Shown piece by piece: positions 46,388 to 56,822 of a stretch of 64,000 nt of DNA. Positions within the stretch are counted from its first letter, which is position 1. Each line of letters begins with the position of its first letter. The notes under the pieces are model-generated. The model ran no database searches and was not told where the DNA came from. It worked only from the letters and a program-made list of their open reading frames with translations. Where the stretch lies: IMG/VR virus record IMGVR_UViG_3300025154_000091; one strand, 5' to 3'. Source of the stretch: an uncultured virus (IMG/VR IMGVR_UViG_3300025154_000091). Lineage: Duplodnaviria > Heunggongvirae > Uroviricota > Caudoviricetes. Made by a program: the position numbers and the translations under genes.

Positions 46388-48156
46388 TTATTAGATTGCT
46401 ACTCTTACTGTCGCTTCTCAGCTGTCCGGGTCTGTCTTTCGGGGCAGTTCATGATATCACCGGCCTGCCGATCACAGCTTCAGGGTGGATTGACTTTGCC
46501 ACAATTACCGGGGAAGGCGCTTACGCAACCTCTCGCGTCATCTTTGTTTCCTCAACAGACGGCAATGATGGGACCGGGACACCAGACACAATCGCCAACG
46601 TCTTGTTCGATGTCTACGGGTCTTTTCAGTCAACCGGAACCATCCATCCTTACGCCACGGTAGCCGCTGGATACGCTCAACTGAGAGACGGGTATGCAGA
46701 TATCCTTTTGCTCAAGAGGGGGAACAACTGGGTGACACGGTTTTCTACTGGCGGGGTTGGCAACTGGACAAAATCCGGGGCCTCGACATCTGCCAGGATG
46801 ATAGTATCCAGTTACGGGACAGGTGAGAGGGCAAAGATAACATCTGACGAAGCGGGCAACGAGGCGCTGAAGATCTACGGAGGAGACAATCTGATATTTT
46901 CCTCAGTGTGGTTTTACTGTCCAACGTGGGAGTCCAGTACCCCTGGCATAAGTGTCCTGCTCGACTCGAATGATATCCTTTTTGAGGATCTTTTTGTCGA
47001 GAAGCATTGGAAGAACGTCATCCAGGGTGACACCGTAAACATGGGCATTTTCGTCAACAACCTTGCCATCAGGAGATCAACCTTTTCTGAGATGTCCGCC
47101 CATGATGGAATGTGGTACGCGGCAATTGCCGATAACGTCCTGTTTGAAGAGAGCATATTTTATAAGCCGCACGACCCCGACGCCCTTGCCCCTGCTGTTG
47201 AGGGTAGGCATTTTTACCTATCACCAGACGGCCCGAATGGTGACACGCACCACGACCTCACCAATGTAGTCATGAGAGGAAACATCCTCTATTACTCCGA
47301 CCGTGGGGGGGTTGACGGAAGGTCTGGAGGACTGTTCGACAACAACCTCTTCGTTCAAGCTCCTGTAAATGTCGGAGGGTTTGGCGGAAGCTCGGGATCA
47401 ATCCAGTCGGGAACAGTAATAAGAAACAATGTATTCGCAGAAGGCTCGGCAAATACCGGGGAGGGGACAAAACTCAAGCTCATCAATATGTTGAACACTG
47501 AGGTGCATCACAACATATTCATCGACCCCGTTGGCGTAACGGCATCCACTTACGGCATAACTCTTTTAGGTGATGGAGAGGGGTTAAACTATTCGGAGAA
47601 CGTCAGCATCCACGACAACGTGATGTATAACATCAAGGGGTCTGGGTCAGGGCGAGGGATTTATATTTACGGCCTCACCTCAGTTACCGGGAACAGCATC
47701 TATGATAACGATATCCAGATGCCAGCAGGATCAACCGACCTCATCGGGGTTTACAGCACCTCAATGGCGGGCTTCAGCTTTTCCGGCAACAGATACTTTA
47801 CCTCAGCCGCTGCCGGGGACTGGTTCGAACCCGGAGGAACTGTCGCGGGATGGGTAACGGCTAGCGGGGAGACTGGGCACTCGACAACGGAAGTTGCGTA
47901 CACGGATGCAACCCGGACGGTCAAGACCTACAACGTCACACTTGGAGGTACAGCCTCAACTCCAGAGTTTATGGCTGCAACGCTCGCTCAATCGCGCCAG
48001 AACTGGCAAACCGAATACACAGCTGATGCGGTCAATGACTACATCCGGATTGGGTTTGGATTGGAGGAACAAGGCTGGGTTCCTGGTGTAGGAATGGGAC
48101 TGAATGGCGCAGGTAGCATGCCACTCTCTGGTGCTGGAACGATGGGGTTGCAATAA
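46384..48156 (+). CDS. Signal-peptide right-handed beta-helix protein (depolymerase-like)
   Basis: Hydrophobic N-terminus; ILLLKRG..W, SSYGTG, repeated IxxN/NN units. Confidence 0.7.
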   Translation: MIIRLLLLLSLLSCPGLSFGAVHDITGLPITASGWIDFATITGEGAYATSRVIFVSSTDGNDGTGTPDTIANVLFDVYGSFQSTGTIHPYATVAAGYAQLRDGYADILLLKRGNNWVTRFSTGGVGNWTKSGASTSARMIVSSYGTGERAKITSDEAGNEALKIYGGDNLIFSSVWFYCPTWESSTPGISVLLDSNDILFEDLFVEKHWKNVIQGDTVNMGIFVNNLAIRRSTFSEMSAHDGMWYAAIADNVLFEESIFYKPHDPDALAPAVEGRHFYLSPDGPNGDTHHDLTNVVMRGNILYYSDRGGVDGRSGGLFDNNLFVQAPVNVGGFGGSSGSIQSGTVIRNNVFAEGSANTGEGTKLKLINMLNTEVHHNIFIDPVGVTASTYGITLLGDGEGLNYSENVSIHDNVMYNIKGSGSGRGIYIYGLTSVTGNSIYDNDIQMPAGSTDLIGVYSTSMAGFSFSGNRYFTSAAAGDWFEPGGTVAGWVTASGETGHSTTEVAYTDATRTVKTYNVTLGGTASTPEFMAATLAQSRQNWQTEYTADAVNDYIRIGFGLEEQGWVPGVGMGLNGAGSMPLSGAGTMGLQ

Positions 48157-48177
48157 CAAGACTGTGAGGTACAATAT

Positions 48178-48663
48178 ATGATAGTAAATAGAGGACCATC
48201 ATTTGGAGTCTACTACCTTGTAGACCCTACAGCACCTAATAAACTATTCGGTGCTAGGTGGGAGAACTATTGGTATATGGGAAGTGGTGTGTCCTTCTTC
48301 ATCTTACTAAAGGATCTGTCAGGTGTACCAGATAATCCAGTTCATTCAGAATCCTTCGATGTGGATTTGTCTACTGCAGATGATCTAGCAACTATGACTC
48401 TGTTTCAATCCCTGTTGTTCGGGAGTGTCCTATACCTTGAAGGATTAAAACCAGTACCTAGATACTTGGTAGAGTTAGATATTGCTGAAGGGCTTACAGG
48501 CCCTGAGATAATCGACAAGAGGGCAGCTATACTTGTGCCTGAGTTCTTAGGGTTCAAGTTAGCTGACGTTCTTAGAGACTTCCCAGAACTCTGGAGCCCT
48601 ACGATAGATGAAGATGGAAACGAAGTTCCAAACATAATGAGGTGTAGTCTTGAAATGGCTTAA
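48178..48663 (+). CDS. Hypothetical protein
   Basis: SD GAGGT. Confidence 0.6.
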   Translation: MIVNRGPSFGVYYLVDPTAPNKLFGARWENYWYMGSGVSFFILLKDLSGVPDNPVHSESFDVDLSTADDLATMTLFQSLLFGSVLYLEGLKPVPRYLVELDIAEGLTGPEIIDKRAAILVPEFLGFKLADVLRDFPELWSPTIDEDGNEVPNIMRCSLEMA

Positions 48664-49138
48664 TGTACTACTGGTGGTATTGATGTTGGGAGTATTCACC
48701 ACAGGTTGTGACGGTGGTGGAGATGAGCCAACAATGATTGAAGAGAACGATCCTAATAGCATCTATAACAAGGAGCTTGATAGGCTTAAGAATGCTCCAC
48801 CCACTGATGTTCCTACAACCCCAACAGTAACTCCTCCTAGTTCTAATAGGTCTGAGACGTTTACTAGTTACGGTGAAAGGAATGGTGGTAGGAAAGCATG
48901 GAGGATTAATAAGAAAGGCCCTCAGTTCGGTAAGAGGATTAAGGTAGTCTTTAGTAATGGCCATACAGTTATGGTGAATGACACATCTCACAACTATAGA
49001 GAGGGTGATGGGTTTGTATTCAAGCCCGGTATCGGGCCTAATGGAACAGGTGACAGTGACACAGGTACAGCTCATGGTGGAGTGTACCTACATGCACCTT
49101 ATGGCAATAACAGCAACACAGTAACCTTCTACTTCTAA
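48650..49138 (+). CDS. Putative lipoprotein
   Basis: Signal peptide ending FTTGC. Confidence 0.6.
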   Translation: MKWLNVLLVVLMLGVFTTGCDGGGDEPTMIEENDPNSIYNKELDRLKNAPPTDVPTTPTVTPPSSNRSETFTSYGERNGGRKAWRINKKGPQFGKRIKVVFSNGHTVMVNDTSHNYREGDGFVFKPGIGPNGTGDSDTGTAHGGVYLHAPYGNNSNTVTFYF

Positions 49139-49147
49139 GAGGAATAT

Positions 49148-49648
49148 ATGAATAAGAAAACTATCTTTATCCTTATAGCAGCTGTAGTGTTGCTGGTAGG
49201 GTGCGGAACTAAAGAGTATAATGATGCTGTAAAGGATATGAATACGATGAACAGGAAGGCTTATGCTGAGGGTATGGCTGCCTGTAAGGGTGATCCTGCA
49301 TGTCAGGTAGGTCTCTCAGCAGCTTACTTCGGTAATGCTGGACAGGTGCCTCTAGCTAAGCCAGACACGGTCCTCGACTATGCTAAGGCTGCACTCCCTT
49401 TCGCGCAGCTCTGGGTGCAGTGGGATGGTTCTGGTAACTCAGCTGGTAGTGGTGGAGTCACCTTTAGGAATGTGAAGTTTGGTAGAGATGCTGTCATCAG
49501 CGGATTCAATACTACCAAGAGCACTACCATCACTGAAGATAACAATGACAGGGAGTTCTCCCTTCAGGCACCTCCAGGTACTAGCGGAATCAGTGATGGT
49601 GGAGTTACATCATTCGAACCTATTAACCCTGCTCCTCCTGCTCTGTAA
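49148..49648 (+). CDS. Putative lipoprotein
   Basis: Lipobox LVGC. Confidence 0.7.
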   Translation: MNKKTIFILIAAVVLLVGCGTKEYNDAVKDMNTMNRKAYAEGMAACKGDPACQVGLSAAYFGNAGQVPLAKPDTVLDYAKAALPFAQLWVQWDGSGNSAGSGGVTFRNVKFGRDAVISGFNTTKSTTITEDNNDREFSLQAPPGTSGISDGGVTSFEPINPAPPAL

Positions 49649-49773
49649 TGAAACAACTAGTCCTCATAGTCCTTATACTTCTACTAGCATCTTGCTCTAG
49701 GACTATGACCTGTGAGGATTACTTACAATCTATAACTGGAGAGTACATAGAGTGTCCTCATGAAAACTTGTAG
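49648..49773 (+). CDS. Small putative lipoprotein, 41 aa
   Basis: MKQLVLIVLILLLASC lipobox (hand translation). Confidence 0.6.
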   Translation: MKQLVLIVLILLLASCSRTMTCEDYLQSITGEYIECPHENL

Positions 49774-49849
49774 CTATTGTAATAGGAAGTATAGAGAACC
49801 TCACTGTCCTATATGTGGTATGTCGGAGGTAGATGATGGTTGTGGTTGA
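49760..49849 (+). CDS. 29-aa zinc-ribbon mini-protein
   Basis: MKTCSYCNRKYREPHCPICG. Confidence 0.5.
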   Translation: MKTCSYCNRKYREPHCPICGMSEVDDGCG

Positions 49850-50096
49850 CTTGTTCAAAGCTATTAAGAAGGGTAAGGAGCTGAAGGACTCTAAGACTTG
49901 GAGTAATGTCCAGGCTCTAAGCTCTGTCTTTGTAGCTATCGTAGCATTTGGTGTAGGTGCAGCTCGTCTATTAGGTGTAGAGATTCCTATTACTGATGAG
50001 CAAATTATAGTATTCAGTGGTGGACTAGCTGGTGTGGCATGGACTATTAATGGTGTCATCTCTGTAGCCACCCATAAAGATGCAGGAGTTGAATAA
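49833..50096 (+). CDS. Probable holin
   Basis: Two TM segments, SKTW motif, upstream of lysozyme. Confidence 0.65.
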   Translation: MMVVVDLFKAIKKGKELKDSKTWSNVQALSSVFVAIVAFGVGAARLLGVEIPITDEQIIVFSGGLAGVAWTINGVISVATHKDAGVE

Positions 50097-50365
50097 TGGA
50101 TAAGCTTAAGTTTTTGTTCTCGTCTGTCTGGGAGTTCCTTCTTCCTTTGATTAAGATCCTCATGACTGATGCAGGTGCTGTACTATCTAAAGCAGCTGCA
50201 GATGCTGTGAGTACTGTAGCTGTCACACTGGCTGATAAGGATGGGGCTACAAAGCGCGAGGCTGCCTTTAAAATGATCGTTGCTACTCTTACGGCTGCAG
50301 GTATTACCTTATCTAAAAGGTTCGTTAATGCTGCCTTAGAGGCTGCTGTGCTGCGATTGAAATGA
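50096..50365 (+). CDS. Holin-like / lysis-associated protein
   Basis: Hydrophobic N-terminus, GATKREAA..EAAV pattern. Confidence 0.5.
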   Translation: MDKLKFLFSSVWEFLLPLIKILMTDAGAVLSKAAADAVSTVAVTLADKDGATKREAAFKMIVATLTAAGITLSKRFVNAALEAAVLRLK

Positions 50366-50383
50366 ATCCCTGAAGGTGATACT

Positions 50384-50776
50384 ATGTATGAGATGTTGAA
50401 GAGACATGAAGGGTTCAGAAGTAAGATGTATAAAGACTCTGTCGGAGTGTGGACTATAGGGTATGGTCTGAACCTAGAGGCTGGTATCACCGAAGAGGAA
50501 GCTGCATACTTACTAGATATGAGGGTGAAGAAGATTGAGGAAAGGTTAAGTAAATCCTTACACTTCTGGAATGATCTATCACCAATAAGGAAAGAAGTCT
50601 TAATCAATATGGCCTATAATCTAGGTGTTGATGGGCTCTTAAAGTTTCATACAACCTTAAGGCTTGTTGGAGAGAAGAGGTACGAGGAAGCATCTAATCA
50701 AATGCTAAACAGCTTATGGGCTAGACAGGTCCCTACTAGGGCTAAAGAACTCTCTAACTTATTCAAGGGCGGGTGA
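50384..50776 (+). CDS. Endolysin, GH24 (T4-type) lysozyme
   Basis: HEG..YKDSVGVWTIGYG, NMAYNLG, SLWARQV. Confidence 0.93.
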   Translation: MYEMLKRHEGFRSKMYKDSVGVWTIGYGLNLEAGITEEEAAYLLDMRVKKIEERLSKSLHFWNDLSPIRKEVLINMAYNLGVDGLLKFHTTLRLVGEKRYEEASNQMLNSLWARQVPTRAKELSNLFKGG

Positions 50777-51375
50777 TGGGATCATATAATATTGCATCTC
50801 AATTAAATGTAGGGAACGTATCAGGGAATAGTTACTTTAGAATAGAGGAGGATGGGAGCATACAGATGCTAGGAGATGCATCTATGTGGGAAGATCTTAG
50901 ATTTCCAGCTACTCAGACTAAACTAGGAGCTAACCTAAAACCAGATTTTGACTTTACTGACATAGGATTACTCTTCCCACAGAATAACACAGGTGAAGTT
51001 GTGTATATGGTAGTCCAACTTCCACATAACTACAAGCTTGGCACATCTCTTCGTCCTCATATACACTTTATCCAGAGTGCAGCTACAGTACCGGTGTTTA
51101 AGATTAGTTATAGGTGGATAAACAATAGTGGAACTGTTGGGAGCTTTACTACTATAGCAACTACAACACTTAGATATACGTACACTAGTGGTAGTATACT
51201 TCAGGTAGCAGAATTCCCAGAGGTAGTAGCACCTACTGGTGTAAAGCTATCTTCTATGCTAGATATAAAACTTTACAGAGAGGATAATGTCGTAACAGGT
51301 GATGTGCTGGTGAAGGAGTTTGATATTCACTATCAGCTAGATTCTTTTGGATCTAGAACAGTAGGAACTAAATAA
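50773..51375 (+). CDS. Hypothetical virion-associated protein
   Basis: WEDLRFP..QLPH..PHIH..FDIHY. Confidence 0.6.
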   Translation: MMGSYNIASQLNVGNVSGNSYFRIEEDGSIQMLGDASMWEDLRFPATQTKLGANLKPDFDFTDIGLLFPQNNTGEVVYMVVQLPHNYKLGTSLRPHIHFIQSAATVPVFKISYRWINNSGTVGSFTTIATTTLRYTYTSGSILQVAEFPEVVAPTGVKLSSMLDIKLYREDNVVTGDVLVKEFDIHYQLDSFGSRTVGTK

Positions 51376-51392
51376 TCTATAGGAGCTAACGA

Positions 51393-52217
51393 ATGGCAAG
51401 GAAAGAAATACGTGGTGTATCTATCAACAGCGATGAGAGGGATGATCTTAATTCGAACTTCACTGAGCTGTATAGTAATCTTGGTATTGTGGGAGTAACC
51501 GCAAGTGCTGCTGAGCTAAACATCCTTGATGGTGTTACTGCTACTGCAGCTGAACTTAACTATTTGGATATTGCTTCCCTCGGAACGGGAGCTGCTAGTA
51601 AGGCTGTAGTTCTTGATGCTAACTCTGATTGGACAGCTCCAGTTAATAGTGTCATTAAGTACTTCCAACTTAAAGATGCTGATGATACTCTGCTGTCTAC
51701 TACCCTTGAGTATATAAACCAGAACTGTGATCCTACACTCCAGCAGATGACTCCTGGTGCTGGCTTCAAGGGTGTCAACACTATTCATAAGGTTGGTGTA
51801 CGTCTCACAGGTGCTGTGAAGAAGACTGAGATCATGATCGATCTTACGGATGCTAAGTCTGTAGCTACAGATCTGGATATCATCGGTCTCTCTGGCGTAT
51901 CTCATATCGGACAGATCACAGCAGCTCTGAATGGTACGGTCCTTATGGGTAAGGTCACTTGCCTTGAGGTTCCTGTAGGGGGTGCTGTTGATATCGACCT
52001 CTATACTGCTACTGAAGGTACTGGTGCATATGATGGTCTTGTCACTGATCTTACAGAGACTGCTCTTGTAACTGCTGGTGGTAACTGGACTCTTGGTCTG
52101 GAGAAGACTATGGCTGCTGTCCCTGCTGCTAATGCTTATCTGTATCTGACTTCAGGCGCAGCTACTGCAGGTACCTACTCAGCTGGTAAGTTCTTGATTG
52201 AGTTCTGGGGATATTAA
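51393..52217 (+). CDS. Putative fiber / decoration protein
   Basis: TASAAELNILDG repeats. Confidence 0.65.
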   Translation: MARKEIRGVSINSDERDDLNSNFTELYSNLGIVGVTASAAELNILDGVTATAAELNYLDIASLGTGAASKAVVLDANSDWTAPVNSVIKYFQLKDADDTLLSTTLEYINQNCDPTLQQMTPGAGFKGVNTIHKVGVRLTGAVKKTEIMIDLTDAKSVATDLDIIGLSGVSHIGQITAALNGTVLMGKVTCLEVPVGGAVDIDLYTATEGTGAYDGLVTDLTETALVTAGGNWTLGLEKTMAAVPAANAYLYLTSGAATAGTYSAGKFLIEFWGY

Positions 52218-52230
52218 TATTTATTAATCT

Positions 52231-52280
52231 AAACGCAAAAAGGCCCTATAGGTTTGATTCCTATAGGGCCTTTGTTGTTT
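52231..52280. terminator. Bidirectional rho-independent terminator
   Basis: AAAGGCCCTATAGG / CCTATAGGGCCTTT between convergent operons. Confidence 0.88.
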
Positions 52281-52295
52281 GTAGTGTATTAATTC

Positions 52296-54182
52296 TTACA
52301 GTTCACACTGTCCTCCAGCACATGCATACTCTTGTGAGGATGTAGTATTATCCTCCACCTCATAGTCCTTCAATCTTTCCCAATCAATCGTAGGAAATGT
52401 AGATGCTACTAGCTCATACTCCTCTTGTGTACATGGATTATATGGATTGATCTCATAGACTGAGCTGTCTACTGGGAAGAATGATAATCCTCCAATACAA
52501 TCCCAGTTCTTCCAGACCCAAGCTTGTACCTCTGGGAAATCCTTATCAGTATAGTAGATAGTCTGACTAGGGTTACCATCGCACCAATGATCCCTATAGG
52601 TCTTCCAGAGTTCTAGCTGTTCTATAGGTCCCATATCACCCTGAGTAATAGAACCTTCAGGTGCTCTGATGGGGAAGGAGAAGTAAGTCTTATCACCTTT
52701 TATTTGATGAGGAACTCCTTGGTCTTTGAGCATCTTAGTGAGAGGGTCTTTATTATCTTGCGTAACTTTGCGGATAAAGAACTTGCTGTACCTTGGGTGC
52801 ATCCCCGAACTGGAGTCGACCAGTTGAGATACAGTACCACTAGGCTTAACAAGAGTAAGTTGCACAGAAGGACTAATGCCAAGTCTTTCAGCCCACAATC
52901 CATTAGTAGATCTTGCTTCCTCCTTTAATATAACTAACACATCTTTAAGTGTTTGCCAGGAATGGCCGGCCATGAAATGACCTCTTCCACTCATTACAGG
53001 GTGATCCATTACACCTGTAAGGCTCACACCTAATAGTCTTTCATCCTCTGCATTCTTCTTCCAAACCTTACGTATGTATCTAAAATCTGTGAGTGTGGAC
53101 TGTAAGGTTCCTATGATAGTTGCAACCCTCACCTTCTCCTTCAAGGTTTCAAGAGTATCATCGGGTCTTACCACTACCTCAGTGAGATTACATAACCCAC
53201 CAGAGCTACGGAGAATTGCTTCGCCGCAAGGATTCAAGATGTAGTGCATCTCAGGATCTCTACCACACTCTATAGCCTTCTGCCTTAGAGCTTCCTGATT
53301 AATCATCCCCCTCTCACCAGCCTTACTCTTATACATACTCCTGAACTCACCCAAGAAGGAATCAAGGTCAGGTCTCTCAGTGTACATTACTGAGTTGTTA
53401 GCTAAGAACCTCTGAGGATCTGTCAGGTAGAACTCTCCCGTCTTACAACGTCGCATCCTATCATCAGTAAGATTAGAAATAGAGATGCATGCAGATCTCC
53501 TAACTCCTCCCACGATAACCGTGTCAGCAATCTGACAGATGAGATCATGACACTCGAGACTATTAAGCTTCCTACCAACAGCCCTATTGAACAGCGCAAC
53601 AACTTTCCTAAACAATAGATCAAGCGGCTCCGGTCCACTACTTCTGCCTCCAAAGGTTTTAAGTCTAGCACCTGCAGGTCTCACTAAACTAAGATCCCAC
53701 TTAGGTACATCTCCATTGTACAGCAGGGCTATTAGTTCCTTTAGCGCCTTGCTCCAGCCTTCCTTACTGTCTTGAACTACAATGGTTGTATCTGTAGCAT
53801 GCATATCCTCAGAGACTACAGGCATCTTAGTAATGAACTGTCTCTCTACTGAGAACCCTACACCACTACCATTCATTAGGATGTAGAAGATCTCATCGAA
53901 GGCACGAGGATGATCTATAGCGATGCCGGCACAGTTATACCCTGCAAGGTTGTCCCTCTTCAAGGCACGACCAGCAGTCATCATGGCTCTCATACTTGGC
54001 ATGACTTCCATATTGTAGATGGCATCACCTATAAGCATACCATCTGTATCATCAATCATACCTGTATCTATGAAGAACCCTACATACCTATCTACTGTTT
54101 CATCCCAAGTCTCTCTACGCTTCAGCTTATCCCTAAAGCGGGCATACTTACTAATATGAATGTAGCGCATATAGTCATTCAT
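52296..54182 (-). CDS. nrdJ: Class II (cobalamin-dependent) ribonucleotide reductase
   Basis: NPCGE, CNL, KPSGT, C-terminal CAGGQC; no beta subunit gene present. Confidence 0.9.
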   Translation of the reverse strand: MNDYMRYIHISKYARFRDKLKRRETWDETVDRYVGFFIDTGMIDDTDGMLIGDAIYNMEVMPSMRAMMTAGRALKRDNLAGYNCAGIAIDHPRAFDEIFYILMNGSGVGFSVERQFITKMPVVSEDMHATDTTIVVQDSKEGWSKALKELIALLYNGDVPKWDLSLVRPAGARLKTFGGRSSGPEPLDLLFRKVVALFNRAVGRKLNSLECHDLICQIADTVIVGGVRRSACISISNLTDDRMRRCKTGEFYLTDPQRFLANNSVMYTERPDLDSFLGEFRSMYKSKAGERGMINQEALRQKAIECGRDPEMHYILNPCGEAILRSSGGLCNLTEVVVRPDDTLETLKEKVRVATIIGTLQSTLTDFRYIRKVWKKNAEDERLLGVSLTGVMDHPVMSGRGHFMAGHSWQTLKDVLVILKEEARSTNGLWAERLGISPSVQLTLVKPSGTVSQLVDSSSGMHPRYSKFFIRKVTQDNKDPLTKMLKDQGVPHQIKGDKTYFSFPIRAPEGSITQGDMGPIEQLELWKTYRDHWCDGNPSQTIYYTDKDFPEVQAWVWKNWDCIGGLSFFPVDSSVYEINPYNPCTQEEYELVASTFPTIDWERLKDYEVEDNTTSSQEYACAGGQCEL

Positions 54183-54756
54183 TTATATGCTCCGAGATTT
54201 TCCTACACATATCTATAAAATCTTCTTGACTCATATCTTGTTTCATTATATTTATACGCTTATCTACAAATTGTATATTAGATTTAACATACCCGACATT
54301 AGAATCTATCCTATCTACCGAAGCACTTCCTCTGGGTTTTGTCACATCAGAGTATTGCACCTCCGAGAAGCACAACTCAACACCACTTAGGGCGCATTTA
54401 CCATCTTGCTTCACCCACTGCTCCTCTAAATCTTCTATAGAAATAGAACACTCTAATACCCTACCTCTATTCAATGTATTGCGTATTTTGGCAAGCACTG
54501 AGTGAGGAACCACATTAACACCTTTCCAATGAGGGCTGCTACTTCCCCTTTTAGATTCTCCATTACACTTCCTACAAGACCTAGGAGAGTTCTTTCCAAA
54601 CAACGTAGAGGGCTGTATAAATCTTTTAAATCCGCACTTACATTCTACCTCCCACATTTGATATCCTGTAGGTTCAACAATCTTCTCCGTACTAAGTATA
54701 GTCCAGTCGTGAACTATACTACCACAACTAGTCTGTATATCATATTTTCCATTCAA
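54175..54756 (-). CDS. HNH-like endonuclease
   Basis: CALSG..SVDRIDSNVGYVKSNIQFV..IN.MK. Confidence 0.8.
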   Translation of the reverse strand: MNGKYDIQTSCGSIVHDWTILSTEKIVEPTGYQMWEVECKCGFKRFIQPSTLFGKNSPRSCRKCNGESKRGSSSPHWKGVNVVPHSVLAKIRNTLNRGRVLECSISIEDLEEQWVKQDGKCALSGVELCFSEVQYSDVTKPRGSASVDRIDSNVGYVKSNIQFVDKRINIMKQDMSQEDFIDMCRKISEHINE

Positions 54757-54839
54757 ACCATCTTACCTCTCAATAAAGAACCACCATATTAGCACGAACA
54801 CTGCTATGTATATCTCTGCTCCTGGCCATGATACTTCCA

Positions 54840-55313
54840 CTAGTCTTTTCCCGAAAGACTCTTCTGCTTATTGAGCTTAGTGATAATCAACTCTAAAGTA
54901 GCTAGGGCATTCCAAGCCCTATGAGCTGCATGCAATAGTCCTGACTCAGGGTCTTTCTCCTCACCACTATGAAGTGCCAGATCATGCCTACCAAGGGCAT
55001 CCTCGTATCTATCAAGAGCGTTATCCACAAATCTCCAAGACCCGGGTTGTTTGTATTTCTCCACCCCATAAGTAGTCACTCCAGCTACCAACTCTAAAGC
55101 CTTAGAGAAGTCAGACTTCATAAGGCCTACCATCGCCTTGCCCTGATCATACTTCTTATCTTTGGCACCTGTAGGATCTTCTTCAACACTCAGCTCTTTA
55201 AGGAAATCTACATCCCAATGATAGACAATAGGATTGGAACTCATCGGCCTGACAGCAGTACCTTTCATCTGATTCATCCACTCTTTATAATCAAACACAG
55301 GATTTACCTCCAT
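54840..55313 (-). CDS. DUF5664-like dATP/dGTP diphosphohydrolase domain protein
   Basis: KYDQGK..TYGVEKY..DPESGLLHAAH.AWN. Confidence 0.8.
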   Translation of the reverse strand: MEVNPVFDYKEWMNQMKGTAVRPMSSNPIVYHWDVDFLKELSVEEDPTGAKDKKYDQGKAMVGLMKSDFSKALELVAGVTTYGVEKYKQPGSWRFVDNALDRYEDALGRHDLALHSGEEKDPESGLLHAAHRAWNALATLELIITKLNKQKSLSGKD

Positions 55314-55743
55314 TGATCTCGGACTCCTTAATGGCTAATAGTTTAAACGGACTAACACCTTTAGAGTGATAGACTTCGCTAGCAGATCTCCTCAGTTGTG
55401 GTCTTACACTCCACCCTACGGGGGTTGGTTCTGATTCACAGAGCTGATTAAGGATATCTAGATCCTCTGAAGATATACTAGGAGCAGGTTCTGGTCTACG
55501 CTCTGAGTACTCACACACTATGCCGGGACTAATCTGTGCATCACTAGGACTAGATACAACATACGCTTCAGGACCTGAGGTTGCTCTATCTACCTGCCTC
55601 CTATACGTATCCTCACGATTCCTAGTATATTCCTGATACCACATCTCATACCTAGAAGGTGATGTAGACCTAGATGCTGTGGAAGACTCTACAGCTCTCC
55701 TTGCAGCTACTAAATACTCCCCATATGAATTAACACTAGGCAT
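55291..55743 (-). CDS. Hypothetical protein
   Basis: Coupled ORF. Confidence 0.55.
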   Translation of the reverse strand: MPSVNSYGEYLVAARRAVESSTASRSTSPSRYEMWYQEYTRNREDTYRRQVDRATSGPEAYVVSSPSDAQISPGIVCEYSERRPEPAPSISSEDLDILNQLCESEPTPVGWSVRPQLRRSASEVYHSKGVSPFKLLAIKESEINGGKSCV

Positions 55744-55984
55744 TATTCAAATCCCAGTTAGTATCTTCAACACCTCTAGGGTCATCACCTATAGTCCTAG
55801 AGTAGTTATCCTTACTCCAACAGAACCCTTTAAGGACGAATCCAGCACACCCTACACCCCGGGTAATATTAAATCCTTCACACTCAGGGCATGGCATCTC
55901 TATTGGGTTATCTCTTTGTGCTACTGGAAGGAGTTCTTCCCACTTATGTTTACAATCTAGACAACTGTATGTATAGGTTGGCAT
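55736..55984 (-). CDS. FmdB-family zinc-ribbon protein
   Basis: MPTYTYSCLDC..CPEC..FVLKG. Confidence 0.8.
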   Translation of the reverse strand: MPTYTYSCLDCKHKWEELLPVAQRDNPIEMPCPECEGFNITRGVGCAGFVLKGFCWSKDNYSRTIGDDPRGVEDTNWDLNNA

Positions 55985-56132
55985 TAATAATGGTCCTCCA
56001 TATCTTCATCATCTTCACTATCAATCAATTCAATCATATCATTAACCTCTTCATAGAGATCTTCAAGGTTACTAATCTCAGCAGTGATAGATGTAGCTAC
56101 AGCAGTAAGCTTACGAACTACAGTCTTCTTCT

Positions 56133-56822
56133 TCATATCTCAAGGTTCTCCGTATTCTTATCAAGTCTTAATCTTTTAAAGCGTGGATGCCTCATCTTCA
56201 TACCGGGGGTCCATCCCATCATCTCTACCTCAATAATACACCCCATAAGATCGCTATCCCAATATGCATCTCTCTGAAAATCAGATAACCCCGAACCCAC
56301 ATCACCATAATTGGTGATAAAGGATCCTAGTTTTCCTGTATACTTACCATCACCCTCTATCCTGCCAGTAATCCTTACATCAATAGTGTATACAGGCTTT
56401 ACTTTATACATAGTAGATCCTTGGTAAAGTACAAGACCCTCTTCACCTCGGAGCAATGCATCCTTAAGGCACTGCATGATGAGAGTTTCACTAGGTTCAT
56501 CTACTAGTGATAGGATCATGCGATTATCTATAACATCTGCATGACCTATAGAATATAGATGTGAACCATTCACAGTGTAAGCTCCTCTCTTCTTAACCAA
56601 AGAGATTGAGGTCTCCCAATTAATATCGAAGACCTCGAAGGTTCCTTTAAGTGTAGGAAACCTATCGAAGATATCTTCAAAGTTATATAGAGGCTTATCA
56701 TTCCTACTCATAGCTGATCTGGTAGAGGAATCTATAGTCACGTTGACTCCATCCAGCTTCTTTGTTATCAACCAAGTACCTTTTAGACTACCACCATTAT
56801 AAGGCTTCATCTTCATCTTCAT
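56133..56822 (-). CDS. ATP-dependent DNA ligase (minimal)
   Basis: KLDG, EGLVL, KVKP, VGSG, RHPRF; start refined. Confidence 0.88.
   Translation of the reverse strand: MKMKMKPYNGGSLKGTWLITKKLDGVNVTIDSSTRSAMSRNDKPLYNFEDIFDRFPTLKGTFEVFDINWETSISLVKKRGAYTVNGSHLYSIGHADVIDNRMILSLVDEPSETLIMQCLKDALLRGEEGLVLYQGSTMYKVKPVYTIDVRITGRIEGDGKYTGKLGSFITNYGDVGSGLSDFQRDAYWDSDLMGCIIEVEMMGWTPGMKMRHPRFKRLRLDKNTENLEI

Noticed and set aside
54175..54840. Terminus-replacement remnant at the RNR endonuclease (and at terL/portal, 20484-20947)
   Set aside because: Looked for duplicated start or stop segments and found none convincing.
54840..55313. 2-aminoadenine (Z) DNA pathway suggested by the DUF5664-like gene
   Set aside because: No PurZ/PurA-like gene is recognisable in the apparently complete genome.
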